This document shows positions 24,803 to 38,860 of a DNA stretch of 64,000 nucleotides, one piece after another. Numbering within the stretch: the stretch's first letter is position 1; every line of letters begins with the position of its first letter. The stretch spans positions 248,001-312,000 of the forward strand of contig NW_025765958.1 of the NCBI RefSeq assembly GCF_003918875.1, given 5' to 3'. Position numbers and translations under genes: made by a program. A model generated the notes under the pieces. That model ran no database searches. It was not told the origin of the DNA and was given only the letters and a program-made list of their open reading frames with translations. This stretch comes from Haliotis rubra (lineage: Eukaryota).

Positions 24803-25739
24803 AAAAGTAGCTAAACATATGAGCACTTATAGAAAGGGATTTTCATAAAAAATAAATCAACTGCTTACATATACAAATTTCCAACGGGAGTATTGCATTT
24901 ACTAATTAGTCAATAACGGCCCTAGATAATACCCCATTCGTGAGAAAAAAACACCGATGGTGCGATATAGTCAATATAGTGGCGTTGCCTGGCGTACATG
25001 ACATAGCACAGTTAGACCGTTTCCTATAATGAGACTTTGCTCCCATAAGAGTTAACTTTGTGCTTAACGATCAAGTCACTTTCTATTTATCTTCGAAAGG
25101 CTAAAGAGAGAAATATTCAACAGCCGTGTACTTTTCATGGAAGTGTATGTCCCTTAGCGCATTGTTTAATGTACAAAATATTCAGAAAATGAACCTGTGT
25201 TTCGTTTTTAGCAGACCAAGGCTAAAGGTTATTGATTTGGAATGAGCTATATCTTTCCTTGCGCCAGAGTAGGTTTGCTTGGTTTGTCTCCCTTATTTTT
25301 ACTCTCATCTACTGTATGTTTGGACTGCACGACACGGGCCGCTGTACAGCTGGAGCATTGCTGATTGCGGCGTTAAACCACAAACAAACAATGGACTGCA
25401 CGTTGTCTGTGACTCAATGAAGACTGTTTTCCCTTTGGTGCAAGGGATCAGTGTCAAGTTCACTATTCTCAGCAAATGTGAAAAATTGACACTGATAGTT
25501 TTCAACATAACATTCTCTTTTTCTGTTTAATCAAATACATTTTCAATTATATTAAACAGTAGTAAGCAGTGTTGGTGCTTTAATTCGTGAAATTGTAATT
25601 TAACATGCACACCTTGACTTTGTAGCCTATAAAGATGAAAAACACGAAATGCACGTGTGAAAAGCAAATTCATGAGGTCCTTTGGTGTATGTTTGCTTAA
25701 ACTGAACACGCACACTGAAGGTGAGCTGGAAAAAACAAA

Positions 25740-26655
25740 TTCAACTATTCAACGCCTTTCAAATCATGAACGTCAACGTACTATAGGGAGGCTTCATGCT
25801 GGTCAGTCTGTTGTCACTGTTGCAAGAGATTTTATTTGCTCACGACAAAAAATTTAATCTTAGGATGACCGCCCGAAGCCGGAAGCGTAAGTGTCACGTG
25901 TGACGTCACTCCGGTAAGATCAAGCAATTCGATTACGTCATCTTTGGAACAGATTTGTTACTGCCACAAGTAGGTAGGTGTTTTTGGAAGGATAACTGCG
26001 CGAACTGTCAGAAATCGCTTGCATGCAGCGGGAATTCACGCCCAAAGTCCCCATAGGAGACCATATTTAACGCCTTTTCATTGCACAACCGACTGGTGTG
26101 GACCACAAGACACTTAAGGTTCAATCAAAGACAGTGGTATCCGGTTGTCTTCAGCGACGAATCTCGATTCACATTGAGATTTGCCGACGGCGGGGCCCGA
26201 GTGTGATCGTCGCGCTAAGGTCTGCGTCCCTGAAGTTGAGCGATTTGGTGGCGTAAGCGTAATTGTATGGGGTTCGTTTTGCGCACATGGACGTCCTTCC
26301 CTTGTTGTCGTCCGTAGGAACTTAAACTCTGCCAAGTACAGGGATCAGATTTTGCAACCTGTTCTCCTTCCAATTATGCCCTGGAGTCAACGTTCCAACA
26401 AATAAAACGCTAGACCGCAAACAGCAATTCTTACACAGAATTGTCTTCGAAATGCCTGTATTCAATTTCGCGTAGCCCCGACCTCAAACCTATCGAACAC
26501 ATCTGGGACGAACGTGTTCGTCAACAAGTCAGTCCACCAAAGACGTTGCAAGATCTTCAACGTCACCTTGTTGAGCAATAGCGACGTCTTCCTGGGTTTG
26601 TGTTTACTAACGTTCTACGAGGAGACGCTAGAGAAGGCCACAACCCTTACTGAAG
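25740..26655 (+). mobile_element. Decayed Tc1 transposase
   Basis: RLSNHERQRTIGRLHAG, VFSDESRF, ERFGGVSVIVWG, SPDLKPIEHIWDE. Confidence 0.9.
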
Positions 26656-27096
26656 ACCTCAATCGAATCGGTCTCCACGCTGTGAACTTCATTTTAGAGG
26701 GTACCTTGACATCATGAACGTTATCCTTGTTAAATTCTTTACGCTATCGTCTCAAATCTGGGTTTAATATGTATGGCTTAAATGTAACCGGTCCGTGTGT
26801 AATACGCAAGAGTTTCGAACAAATCTGTAGACAACAGAGCGAGTAAACTCATTCCGAACATTTTAGGGTTTCGGATCATCACTAATAAACTATACAACAT
26901 GTCGAAGCATTGTCGAAACAGAGTAGCTTCCATGTGGACATACACGTGTGAGTCATGTTTTGGGAATCGTTCGTATTCCGAGATGGGTTCCTGAAGGGCA
27001 ATTTGTATCCATTCCAAAACAAATAAAACTCCCACTTTGTCGAATGAAACATAACCTATGATTACACAATGTCATTTAGAAAGTGGTCAAATGTAA

Positions 27097-27255
27097 CATA
27101 TGTTATATTTGGGATTACACTTTATTAGTAAAGTACAAATTCTAGTACTTGTTTGGGTTGAGTCCCATCCGGGATTCATTCGGGATTCGACTCAACCCAA
27201 AAAGTACTAGAATTTGTACTTTACTAATAAAGTGTAATCCCATATATAACATATG
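27097..27255. repeat. Near-perfect foldback made from the family-C 3' end, about 68-bp arms
   Basis: 27097-27164 is the reverse complement of 27189-27255. Flanking direct repeat atgaaacataacct at 27044-27057 and 27253-27266. Confidence 0.92.
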
Positions 27256-27645
27256 AAACATAACCTGACGAGAAGATCATCTTGCGGGCTGTCTTCTCCG
27301 AACCGTTTCTGAAGCTGAATTGCCGTCCCATTGATTCCAGATGTTTCTAATAAGGGAACGACTGTGTATATCATACGGCATATGGTACCTTGTAGTTTCT
27401 TACAATCGGCCACAGACATGGATGCAGGGTGTATTGCCAGGTTGTACCTTGCATCTGCGAACATTCTATAATCAAATCATCAGCTACTGATTCATCACAC
27501 GCCACCCGTGTATCTTGATGTTGGAGTGATTAAGTCACACATAATTACCTTTGCCTCAGTTAGATACCATTTTCACTTCAGACATATCGAAGAATAAATC
27601 ATCCTGTCATTACACGAGACGACACCCGAAGCTGATTAATGTTGG

Positions 27646-28065
27646 ATTATTGTCCTCCTGAGAGGGTACACGAGACCCAAAACAATTCACGAAAATTTAA
27701 ACGTAGTACGTTTTTAACTGCAGCATGTATGTTATTTAAATTTATGGCTTGATTTCTCTACAATCGCTAACATCTGAAGGGATGGTGTAAATCCAGCTGG
27801 GGTCCATGCAAGTAGCAAAGGCACTGTAAGTCCCCATGGTCCCTAGTGTGGTGAACTACCTTCAGTTGTTGGCGATCTATAGCCCATTTTTAGTTTAGAG
27901 AGAGATGCTAGTTGTATTTCTTGATACTGTGATATTCTAGTTGATTTTACTGTTCTTCGTCGACAGGTTTTTATAATGTATTAATGGTGAATTCAAACCT
28001 TGTTTTTAATCACGATATGGCTGAAATATTGTCGATGTTACTTAAGATCTTAACTCCCTCACTCA
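27646..28065 (+). mobile_element. 5'-truncated Nimb 3'-UTR copy
   Basis: Colinear with the reverse complement of 11530-11990; TSD ctgattaatgttg. Confidence 0.92.
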
Positions 28066-29374
28066 CTGATTAATGTTGACAATGCCACGGTAGCGGCCTT
28101 ACATACTTTGGCTCACTCAGAAGCTCTTGGTTCTCTCTTTGATCACGTTGTTATAAGTAGAACCACAACACACATAATCCTTACTGATAATAAGGTTTAG
28201 TAATGCTACTCATCCGAAGATGAAGGCCGAAGGCCGTGTAAGTCTGTCAGTCTTTCCCAGCTGCGGGCCAAAGTGATGTTGGACATGATATGAGCCATTA
28301 AGTCCTCAACGGATCTTAACCGGAGGTACATGATGAAAGAGAGACGAGATACCTCCTTGGTGACTTTGTGGAAGATGTAGGAAGTTTGGGATGTCCCCAA
28401 ATCAGCAATGACATTCAGGTTCGACCATCACCCTGCATATATTCTTTGGACACGTCTTCCAAATATCATACTTGGCAGCTTTAGCATTGTCAATATGCGT
28501 CGTCAGTCACATATGGTAGGTGTTGAGAGCAATGGGGCAGACTATTTAGTGAAATTTAGAGAAAACACGTTTACGCTCTCATATATTTGACTTTATTGGC
28601 TTCATTCCGGAGAAGCTGGATGTTGACATTCTCTTTGAAATTCCATTAACAGAGAAAACTGATTGGCTCAGTGACAATAAGACATGGTGTCAACTATACT
28701 TACGTCTCCCAGGACAACGTGTACACAGAAAGACGTGCTTGGGGCATCAGAGCTTGAACATATTCCACCAGCTTGAAATGTCAATTCCTGACGATTAGGC
28801 TTCTCAAGATGAAATATGTGCTGGAGTTCCTCGCATCGGCACCAGATATAGATAATCGTTTCATCTTCACACCCTGAATCTAGAATCTTGTGTGAAGAGA
28901 AATAAGGACTCCTAATATGACAACCCACAATACCTCAGAAAAATATATTTTGACCAGGTCTGTCGGATTCGATCAGTTGTTATCCCTGATGAACCCGCGT
29001 CCATGAAAAACGTTGAGATGACCACGGTTTTTAACAGTTGTTTGTATCGACCCTGACAGCAACCTATTTCTTCAAATGAGACGTCCAAGTTTGAGTGGCT
29101 GGTTATAGAATTGGATTCAATCTTTATTCCTCTCGAAAGATACAGTTCAGGGTTTCAGATCCAAATATTTGGATATTGTTCAATATTGGACCAACTGAAT
29201 CCCATTAAGGTAATGGCCGGATATATTTGCATTCATGGGATCAAATCTTGGAGCCGTAACGATAGTGTTCAAGAGACATGAGGACAGCTTGTCGTTCGGC
29301 CAGAAGATGCCATAATCCTAGAGGGGTCTCAAGCCGTTAGGTTCAGAAACAGGAATGGTGACCACTGAGATAGC

Positions 29375-29530
29375 CGCTGTCGGCGGCTAAAGCAAACCTC
29401 AGTGGCAGGTTTCAGTGGTCAGCCTCACTGACGTGATTATGTTGTGAGTATGGCATCAGTATAGATCGATGCTCATGATGTCAATCCCCGCACTGTTTGG
29501 AAGAGATTCGATTACTTACAAACCTTACAG
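29375..29530 (+). mobile_element. Highly diverged SINE family B copy
   Basis: gtggtcagcctcactgac..agatcgatgctcatgatgtcaatc..tcgattacttacaaacc. Confidence 0.6.
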
Positions 29531-30214
29531 CCATTCCGAGGAGTGAGAGTATACGTTAGACCTGGCATGGGAATGACATCTGCAATAGAGGAACTGACGT
29601 GCTATGTTCTGTGAAACCTATATGAATAGCAGTTGTTTTTAATGATCTTTTATATGGAAGTGATACCCATGGGGATCTTCTCAATCATTGGAGATAATCG
29701 TAACACCTTACGGCGATCTGCACACATAAGTATGGTTGCTCCAAGCTCTTCGATAGTCCAAGATTAGCATTGGCGCGGGCAGTTCAACATAGTATATCGT
29801 CCTACACTGCAGTTCACCACAAATTGTTTTAGGGAAACGATCATTCACAGGTGTACAAAGTGCTGTCCGGTGGCATTCCCAGAAGCTTGGCAATTCGTGC
29901 ACCACTTGTCGACACGGCTGCTTCCAGTCAGTCACGATGATGAAGTTGTCTGGCCCGATCCCCAACTGGACTGCTCAAATGCCACTTTCCACTAACACAT
30001 CGATCACTTTCCCTCGTCCAGATATCCAACACAGGATTTTCACTGAAGGTACGAAACCTGGGACGGGTCAACATGTATGTGACTCGTAGCAATCGCCAAC
30101 ATGCCACAGGGATGTAAGTGACACACTCCATAGACGGCAGGTTGCATGGTAACCTTGGGAAGGTCGTCAGTTGCTATTTCACTATCCATTCCCCATGTAA
30201 AGCATATTTCATTT

Positions 30215-33200
30215 TTTCATTTTTTTTTTTAGAATTCTTAATATTGATTTCATAGAAGTTTGTACTTCGTTTGACATTGTCGGGTTCACAGAATTATGGA
30301 GTAACTGTGCAAACGACACAATAGAACAACAGTTCACTGATTACACAGTATATCGACATGTAAGAGATTATAATAGTAGAGGGTGAGTTTTATTACTGAT
30401 AAGAAGCATTTGGCAAAAAGGAATTAAATATATGTTAATACTTTTTTTAGTGATAGCATTTACGTTCTTCTTGACTCGAAGGTATTTGGCTTCCCAAGAG
30501 ATGTTTTACTTGGTATCGTGTATGTACATCCTTATGCATCCTCAGGCAAGTCTGATACTCGTAATGTCAAAGGGATTGGTTTCATTGAGTCGTGCCTTGT
30601 ACAGTTGTTGTCACTATTCGGTGATGTTGATGTAATACTTGCAGGTGATTTGAATGCCAGAACAGGTTTACTGGACGATTTTATTTTACATGACGATGAC
30701 AAAAGTGATTCTTACATTAGTGTTTTGAATGACATGAATTACCAAAGAGATTCCTTTAGATCTCCAAGGAGGTCAAGAGACAAAGACGTTAACACTTATG
30801 GTCTAGACTTGATCAATCGTTGCTGTTTACTAGGAATACATATGTTAAATGGTCGTTTCTCTGGCGATGCTGACGGTAGGTTTACTTGTCATACACAGAA
30901 CGGTCGATGTCTGGTTGATTACATTTTGTGTTCCAGTCAAATCTTTGAAATAATTGATAACTTTAAAGCGGTTACCCGCACAGAGTCAGATCACTTTCCC
31001 TTATTATGTTACTTCAATAGATCAGAAAATCGTGTTAGTGAAGATGAAGGGGTTGTTTACCAAATTAACAGATATAAGTGGAAGCCGTCAAACTCTGATA
31101 TATTTCTTGAATCCCTTAGTGCACGTATATCTCTGTTGGAAATGAACCATTGTTCTGCTATATCAAATAAGCACACGGGTGAAGCTGCTAATAAACTTAT
31201 AAACATTGTCCAAGAAAGCGGAAAAGACGCACACATGTTATTAAGAAAACGTGTCACTAAAGACATAAGTGAGGTTAGGTACGACCATGAGTGTAAAGAC
31301 TTAAAGAAAAGAAAGTATTCAGCATTAGATAAATTCCGAATCACAGGGAACTTCAACTATCTTACCGAATTTAGAATTTATAAAAACAAATACAGAGAAG
31401 TTTGCCGTTTGAAGTGTGATTGCTATCACGAGTTTACAACCATGCAATTATTACAATCATGTCAGGATGGTAACTATAAATCATTCTGGTCTGGTGTTAA
31501 GTCATTATTAGGTAAACCGGTTACACAGGCGACATCTATCAGCAGTTTGCAATGGGTCGCTTACTTTATAAATATTCTGAAAATTAAAGATGTTAACATA
31601 GACGAAGATATTATAACCTTTGCCAAACAGTATATGTTGCAAAATGATTTTACATTGATTGATGATGACTCTAATAATATTCTAAATAAAGAGATAACCA
31701 TAAATGAAATAACAAATGCATTATCAGCTTTAAAACTTGGCAAAGCATGTGGTCCTGATGGACTACCTCCTGAAATGTGGAAATACGGAGGTCATCTTTT
31801 ACTACCTTATTTGCATGTACTTTTTAATTGTATTTTTAACTCACGAGACTTTCCTTCTGCTTGGTCACAAAGTATTATCTTCCCACTTCACAAGAAGTGG
31901 AACAGAAATGATGTTAATAACTATAGAGGTATTTCCTTGATGGACATAAGCGGAAAAATATTCACTTATATTTTAAATGAAAGACTGAAAGCATTTGTTG
32001 ATGTATATAATTTAAATCCCGAATGTGAAGCTGGATTCCGCTCAGGCTATTCAACTGTTGATAATGTTTTTACCTTACAGGCTTTAATTAAAAAATACTT
32101 GTCCAAGTCTAAGGGTCGATTTTATTATTTATTTGTTGATTTTCATAAAGCATTTGATTGTGTAAATGGAGATCTATTATGGTATGTTCTTTCTCAAAAC
32201 AATATTCACGGTAAAATGCTTTCAATAGTGCGCGATATGTACAATAAATTAATTTCAGCAGTAAAACTATCAAATTCTAGCATTTCAGAATATTTCAATT
32301 TCCTTGAGTGGTGTATGACAAGGATGTATACTCAGTCCATTTTTATTTAGTATGTTTGTAAAACAACATGGATCTTACATCGTCTGCCGAAAGAGGTATT
32401 TTTGTTGGAGCAGAATTTTTAGAGCTCTTTTTATTATTATATGCTGATGATTTATGTATATTTTCTGACACAGTTATAAGTTTACAAAGAAAGATTAATA
32501 TTTTATCCAAATGTTGCACAAAATGGGGCTTAAAGGTTAATTTTACGAAAACAGAGATAATTGTTTTTCACAACGGAGGTATAGTGAAGAAGACCGAAAA
32601 GTGGATGTTTAACCATGGGAAGTTGAAAACTACATGCTATTACAGCTATCTGGGTATTTTATTTTCCAGCAGACTATCTTGGTCAAAAGCAGTCCAGACT
32701 CTCGTACAGAAAGCTCATAAAGCCCTTTTTCCAATTAAACAGCCTCATCATAAAATGAAAAATCTTTCTCCTACTGTCTTATTTCAAATGTTTGATACAC
32801 AAATTGAGCCTATCTTATTATATTGCTCAGAAATATGGGGTTTTCAAGAGTGGCTAATTCTAGAAAGATTTCATGTAAAATACTGTAAATATGTTCTTGG
32901 TGTTGGTATTACCACAACAAATGCAGCTGTTTTATCTGAATGCGGTCGTCATAATATATGTTGTGATTCTATAATAAGATGTGTTAAGTACAGGTGTAAA
33001 TTATTAATTATGGAAGAGACTAGATATCCATAACAAACCTATATTAGGTTAAAAAGAATGGACGATATTAACCGCAAGTCATGGGTAACTGAAGTGAGGA
33101 AATTAATTTATATTTATGGTTTCAGCTATGCGTGGGAGTTTCAAAATATTGTTAACACTGACTTATTTTTAAACAGTTTTCTCAACGAGTTAAAGATTGT

Positions 33201-33734
33201 AACATCCAGCGTATATTTTCAAGTTAAATGAACATTCTAATTTAGAGTTCTATTCAAGTGTCAAAAGTACGTTTAATAAGGAATCATACTTGTCAACATT
33301 ATATAACAAAGATTTAAGAAGATATTTATCACTTTTAAGATTCGGTGAATTAAATATTATGAAGAATACAGGCAGAAGAAATAATATCCCAAGAGAATTA
33401 AGATTTTGTCCATTTTGTAAGAACATTTTAGAAGATGAGGTTCATTTTATGTTTATTTGCCAACAATATGATGATTTAAGAACAGGATACATGTTAAATA
33501 TTCACTGTAAAGATAGAAACACTCTCATTCGCCTTCTTCAAAATGAAAATAGCAATTATTTATATATGTATGGAAATTATATTAAGGAAGCGTTTAAGCG
33601 ACGTAGCGCATTATATTGTGAATATATAAAAATATGTTCTAGTTATTGTGCACATCATACCTTTTGTATTGTAATATATATTGTACATGGGCCTGTGGCC
33701 TTTCTACTGAATAAAGTTATATATATATATATAT
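30215..33734 (+). mobile_element. RTEX-like LINE, most of ORF2, frameshifted
   Basis: APE motifs AGDLNART, VDY, SDH. RT motifs GPDG, NYRGISL, FVDFHKAFD, LLYADD. C-terminal CPFC..EDEVHF..C. Ends in aataaa plus (TA)n; 12-bp TSD catatttcattt (30203-30214 and 33735-33746). Confidence 0.92.
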
Positions 33735-35734
33735 CATATTTCATTTCAGAAGGTCTGAAAGTTTCTGCTATCCCACATTTATCTTTCCACATTCCTGTGC
33801 AGTTGGCTAATCCAAGCTACAGTTTCGGATGCATACAAGTTCATCTAAATTTGGTAAAAATAAGTAACCCCGATTGCGACAGCCCGTCTGTCAAGGCGTA
33901 ATCCTTTATCAACCTCACAGAAGAGTTTATTATCAGGAAAGTTACCCTTAAAGTAGACCATCAGAAAACCGAAAGTTCGTGACTACGTGAAGCGATACAT
34001 TTGTAAGCTAACACTTAAATCTTTGCTGGAAATTCAACGTACAAATGCGCTAAGCACTACTCACAGTGTAGGTTGTCGGAATGATGCAAAGTACATCCGA
34101 GATAATTCTTCCGTTTCGTTTGTTTAGCCATCTACCAAGAGTCCCCCGAATCCAGCAGGACCTCCAATTCACTTACATTCGTTTCACAATCTATCTGATC
34201 CTTAGCCAAATAATTCTATCACTATTAGTACACACTTAACTTAAATGGCCAAATCACAGAGCCGAATTATTTTGTGCTTTCCCACACCTTTGAAGTTTTT
34301 ATTGTTTCACGCACGTCTGACAAAGACAGCCTTTCTGTTGTTGCAAAGATCCAGTTCTAATGCTTAGTTTGTGAAAAGATACACTTTCATGTAAAAGAGG
34401 TACGTCATTAAAACTGAAATGAAACTCCAATGGGATTGAGGATGCCTGAACTTAAGGACTTGCGTAATGACTAGCTTGTGAATTACAGAGGGCATGGTGA
34501 AAACAATAGGGTTCAGTACGATGATTCAGTGTGACCAATCTGATCTGGTTGGATGTTGCATTGCCACCGACACGTGTTTTGTGGATATGTCAAGTTTTAA
34601 CAGCGTAGTCAGCAATCGTGTTTGTATCGGGGAAACAAATGACCGAACGCAGGAACCACGAAACCATAATGTAGTATGACATGCAATGAGCTGAGTTACA
34701 CGTCCTTAAACCTGATCTTAGAGATTCCACTTTAAAACTCCAACATATTTGAATGACATCAATATCACATTTGTTATAAAAAATCAGGATAACAGTTACA
34801 ATATTTCGTTTGAAAACCGTATCATACGGTCATACTGGTTTCAATCCCAGTGCTGGTGATATATGTTGTAAGGGCGTTTCAGAGGCTGTCACAGTCAGTT
34901 GTTGTTGAATTCGATTGTCATTATTAATTTGTAGATATTCTCCACGGCTGATGTACATCCACAGAGTAGATCTCGGACTAGTTGTTGATTCATAAAAGAG
35001 AATATGGATGTTGAAAGGGTTTAGTCGCTTTTATATAGATGGTGTGACGTACAGTTAACTTTGCAAAACGTTTGCTGATGATCAATAACAAACGTATATG
35101 GTGGCCGTGCAAACTATATATCAGAAAGTACACATATACTCATGGAAACGAATTAGGGAACACATGAAACTACAAGAGTTGCTTTGTTTATTTCTAGAAT
35201 TTCACCACCAGTGCAATACATACCTTGTGAAAAAACCTGGGGCCTACCTTTAGAATACAGCACCACAAACTTTAAAAATACGTCATAATACCCTTTTACG
35301 TAATGTAATGTGATTTTGTTCGAAAGCACGTTCTCGAAACAATGCCCTATGACACCTGCATGGCAACACGGTTGTCTGGCTAAGCGAGTGCGTATAAGCT
35401 TCGCTCACTGGTGTTTCATCTCTACGAGCTATGTCATTGCATAAGCCCAACGATGTTGAGAGTTTCCAGTAGTTGTATACCGGCGGATGCGCAATATTTC
35501 GCAAGCGCCAGTTTGAAATATTTTTCTTTTTCACTTATACGCTCATATTTATTTGTATTACGGGGTGCTGAGGTGTTATATTTTGTGTATTTTGTATTTT
35601 GTATTTTTTAAATTTACATATATATTTTTGTCATTCAGTAATTTGCACCATTACATAAAAAAGTGTTTTATTAGTATTTTATTTTTCGAAGCGGTTATAA
35701 TGCATTACACTAGACACGTCAGTCATGTTTGTGC

Positions 35735-35970
35735 CGGTTCGGTCAATGCATTATATTTATTAGGATTAATTCAAGGGGTTAGGGCTAGGGCTAGGATTAG
35801 GGCTTAGGGCTTAGGGTTAAGGGTTTGGGCTGGGGACCTAATCCAATATAGTAGGTACATGTCCGGTGGTTCGGTCAATGCATTCTATTTATTAGGATTT
35901 GCAAGGGAATAGGGTTAGGGCTGAGGGTTTAGGGTTAGGGTTAGGGACCTAATCAAATGTAGTAGGTACG
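35735..35970 (+). repeat. Two tandem units (about 105-130 bp) each containing degenerate (TTAGGG)n
   Basis: ggttcggtcaatgcatt..ttattaggatt..(ttaggg-like)n..gggacctaatc..tagtaggtac occurs twice. Confidence 0.9.
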
Positions 35971-36432
35971 TGAGTACCATCTCTTGTTTTTCCTTGTGCA
36001 TTTTAATACTTTTTTTCACAAAAAACGGGAAACCAAAAACGTCGAAAATACACTATGAAATGGTTTAATGTAGAAATTTTGGGCTTATGGAAACTGGCCT
36101 GGAATTTGCACTGAAGCCTCTTTCACACGCAACATTTGTTCAGTAATGATTTGAAGGCTAACTCACCCTCGTGCCGTCACTACACATGCTCATGTCTCCC
36201 TCTTTCTTTAGTGCGATCCACATTATCCTTACAGCGTTCCCTACATCACTTTTCTGTCACAAAATCACCGATTTATATAAACGCGCGTCATTCATGCACG
36301 CACCGTGAAATCTACGTCTGACGCCTGACGTCAACAACCCTTTTCAGTTTGAGGCATATCGGCTTATTCCACGCCACACGTTATCTTGTAGATTACGGAA
36401 TGGGACGATCAATTTGCACCTTGTTCACCAGT

Positions 36433-36507
36433 GGTGACGTAGCTCAGTCGGTTAGCTGTCGAGCTAACAATCCGAAGGTCGCGGGTTCGCGTCCGACGGG
36501 TTCCCAC
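36433..36507 (+). pseudogene. tRNA-like sequence (Ile/Val-like pseudogene or SINE head)
   Basis: tagctcagtcggttag, gctaacaa loop, aaggtcgcgggttcg. Stems are imperfect, so it is not a canonical tRNA. Confidence 0.65.
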
Positions 36508-38611
36508 AAACTGGTAGCTTGTCTTAATGACACGTGACCTACGGCAGAGATTGTCCTCACGAGAAGTTGTGGTGCTGTATTCTAAAGGTGCTCCAAACCT
36601 GGAAAAGAATGAAGGAACACTTTGTACTTTCATGTGTTCCCCTATTTGTTTCCATTAGTATATTTATTCTCTAAGCCATTTCTTTCTCTTGTCATTGCCT
36701 CATTCTGAAATTGTGCACAGAGTTGTGAACTTATTGCCGAAGAAGAGCAAGAAGTGAAGGTTTATGTTCAACTGTGATCTAACGACAAACTATGGCCGAA
36801 AAAGGTGATTAAAAATAGTTACGACTGTATAATGAAGAATTACAGCCCACGAATGTGCACATGAATGAGGTTAATGTTTAAGCAAACGAGTTAATATCCC
36901 CTGATACGTATATACGTACGTGTATATGTTTCAGTGACCATCATCAACCTATATTTACTGTTGAGCTGACGTAACTACTTTATGTTCATCATTCCCACGC
37001 AGTCCCTAACATCTGAATTACACTGACACACAGAGTCTAACAGTCCGTGAAGTATAATGAAGAAAGAATGTCGATTCCTAACTCAATATTATTAGAAGTA
37101 CAATATTGCTGACACCGAGACAGACGAGGGAACCTAATGGGCGTAGTAAAATTGTGCCTGCCCTACACGAGAGCAATAACATGAAAATGAATACATTTAA
37201 TGGAAAAATTATAGAGATTGGATGAGGGTAATTTTGTTTATAGATCGTCATAATTTGATCTCTGTTTCATGGTTTTATTTTCGGAATTATCGTAAATGTT
37301 TAATTATATACTGGTTGGAAATAATCAAAATTTGCACTTATTTGGGGATGGGGGTGGGGTGGTGGTCAGCATGTACATCATATTCTTGTATTCATAATTT
37401 TATGCTTACCTAAACTGGACAAATCAAGATCTTTGCTTGGATTGTACGGGTGTATTTTTAGCATATAATTTACATGCATATGTCATACCGACAATACTTC
37501 AAGCAGCAGTGCCCAGAAGTAGTAGCTAATTGAGTCCAAGTTTGAAGGGATAAGTATTCTGTTTTTGGTTCATTTTGATATCCTTCTACGTTACAAAATA
37601 TTTTGAACTGATGTAGAAATGTTCACTTCAAAATTGGGATTTGTACCAATAATACTATCTCTACTTCTTGCATGCAATACTAACAGCATTAAGCAATGCT
37701 CTACATTATGTAAACGTGTGGATAGTGAATTTGTCAATGATATGGTACGTACATGTACCTGTTTAAAAACTGTTACAGCTTGGCCCAAATATCTAACATG
37801 CAGAAAATCCCCAAAATGTGTTTTTTACTTCGTTTTCCGTGGTTACACACACTGCCAACTAATTTCATTCTAAATGTCTCTATCGTTTTGAAGATAAGTC
37901 TATATTTCCACATCTGAAATTATGTTTGTTTGAAACATATTTTATTGTCCAAAAGACAAATGGATCCTTTGATGTTGCCAACATTTTCTTTCAATGGTGC
38001 CTACAAATAAAGATCGTTCACTATTGCTTTGTTTGTTGTATTTTGGTATAACTTTCTTTTTAAATGTTTGATAGAAATTTGATATCATCTGAAACTGTAC
38101 ATGTGCCTGTAATGTAGTTCTTACTTTTCCGGTCAATAAAGATAAAATGTTATTAACCCCCTAATATTCATTGTAAGTGACATGTCCGCTTTCCTAAATG
38201 TTCCTTATACATGTATATGTAAGAATCCATACTTGTAATTCATAAAAATAATTTAAACAGTTTTCTATGGGAAATCCATAGATTTCTGGGTTTTTATTAT
38301 TCTTCATATTGTTTATAGCCCAGACGTTTTCTTCAGTATCTAATTCGATTTGAGTTCAGGTTCAGGAGTTGGAGTTCAATCAGTTCCTTCTTATTGGCAT
38401 CGTCCATTGCGCGGAGAGCAGAGTGTTTCAATCGAAATCTTTTACCATCAGTGATCATTTTCCATTTGTTATCAGCTTGAATATAATTTCTATTCTCCTA
38501 AATTTCCTTCTTCTGTTTGCTGTAATTGCTCATTAACGGTTGGAGGGTAATGTAAATTCACCCTCAGTTATATTTCAAAAGTTCTCTTGTACCATCTTCT
38601 GAAGCTACAAT

Positions 38612-38860
38612 CTACCTTCCGGTGTTGGCAATCTACAGCCTGTTTTTATATTGCATTGTCATTTATAGTTAACCTATTTTAGATTCGATTACTAGTCTTA
38701 AATTTATTCCTGTGATAATCTAGTTGTTTCACTGTCCTTTGCAGACAGGTAAATATATTATATAAGTTTGTTTTTATTCTTTTATAATTTACAACTTTCT
38801 TAGCCACGATATGGCTGAAACACTGCCAATGTGACTTTAAATTTTAACTCACTAACTCAC
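38612..38860 (+). mobile_element. 5'-truncated Nimb 3'-UTR copy
   Basis: Nimb tail; TSD tctgaagctacaat. Confidence 0.9.

Larger units (their letters stand above)
35137..36660. mobile_element. Non-autonomous Tc1/mariner-type TIR element with cargo
   Basis: About 40-bp imperfect TIRs tactcatggaaacgaattagggaacacatgaaactacaa / ttgtactttcatgtgttcccctatttgtttccattagta, flanked by TA. Confidence 0.85.

Noticed and set aside
30518-32350. 610-aa host gene or active RT
   Set aside because: It is part of RTEX ORF2, with a frameshift before the YADD motif and later stops.
35775-35950. True telomere or fusion site
   Set aside because: Short, degenerate, single orientation, and inside a TIR element.
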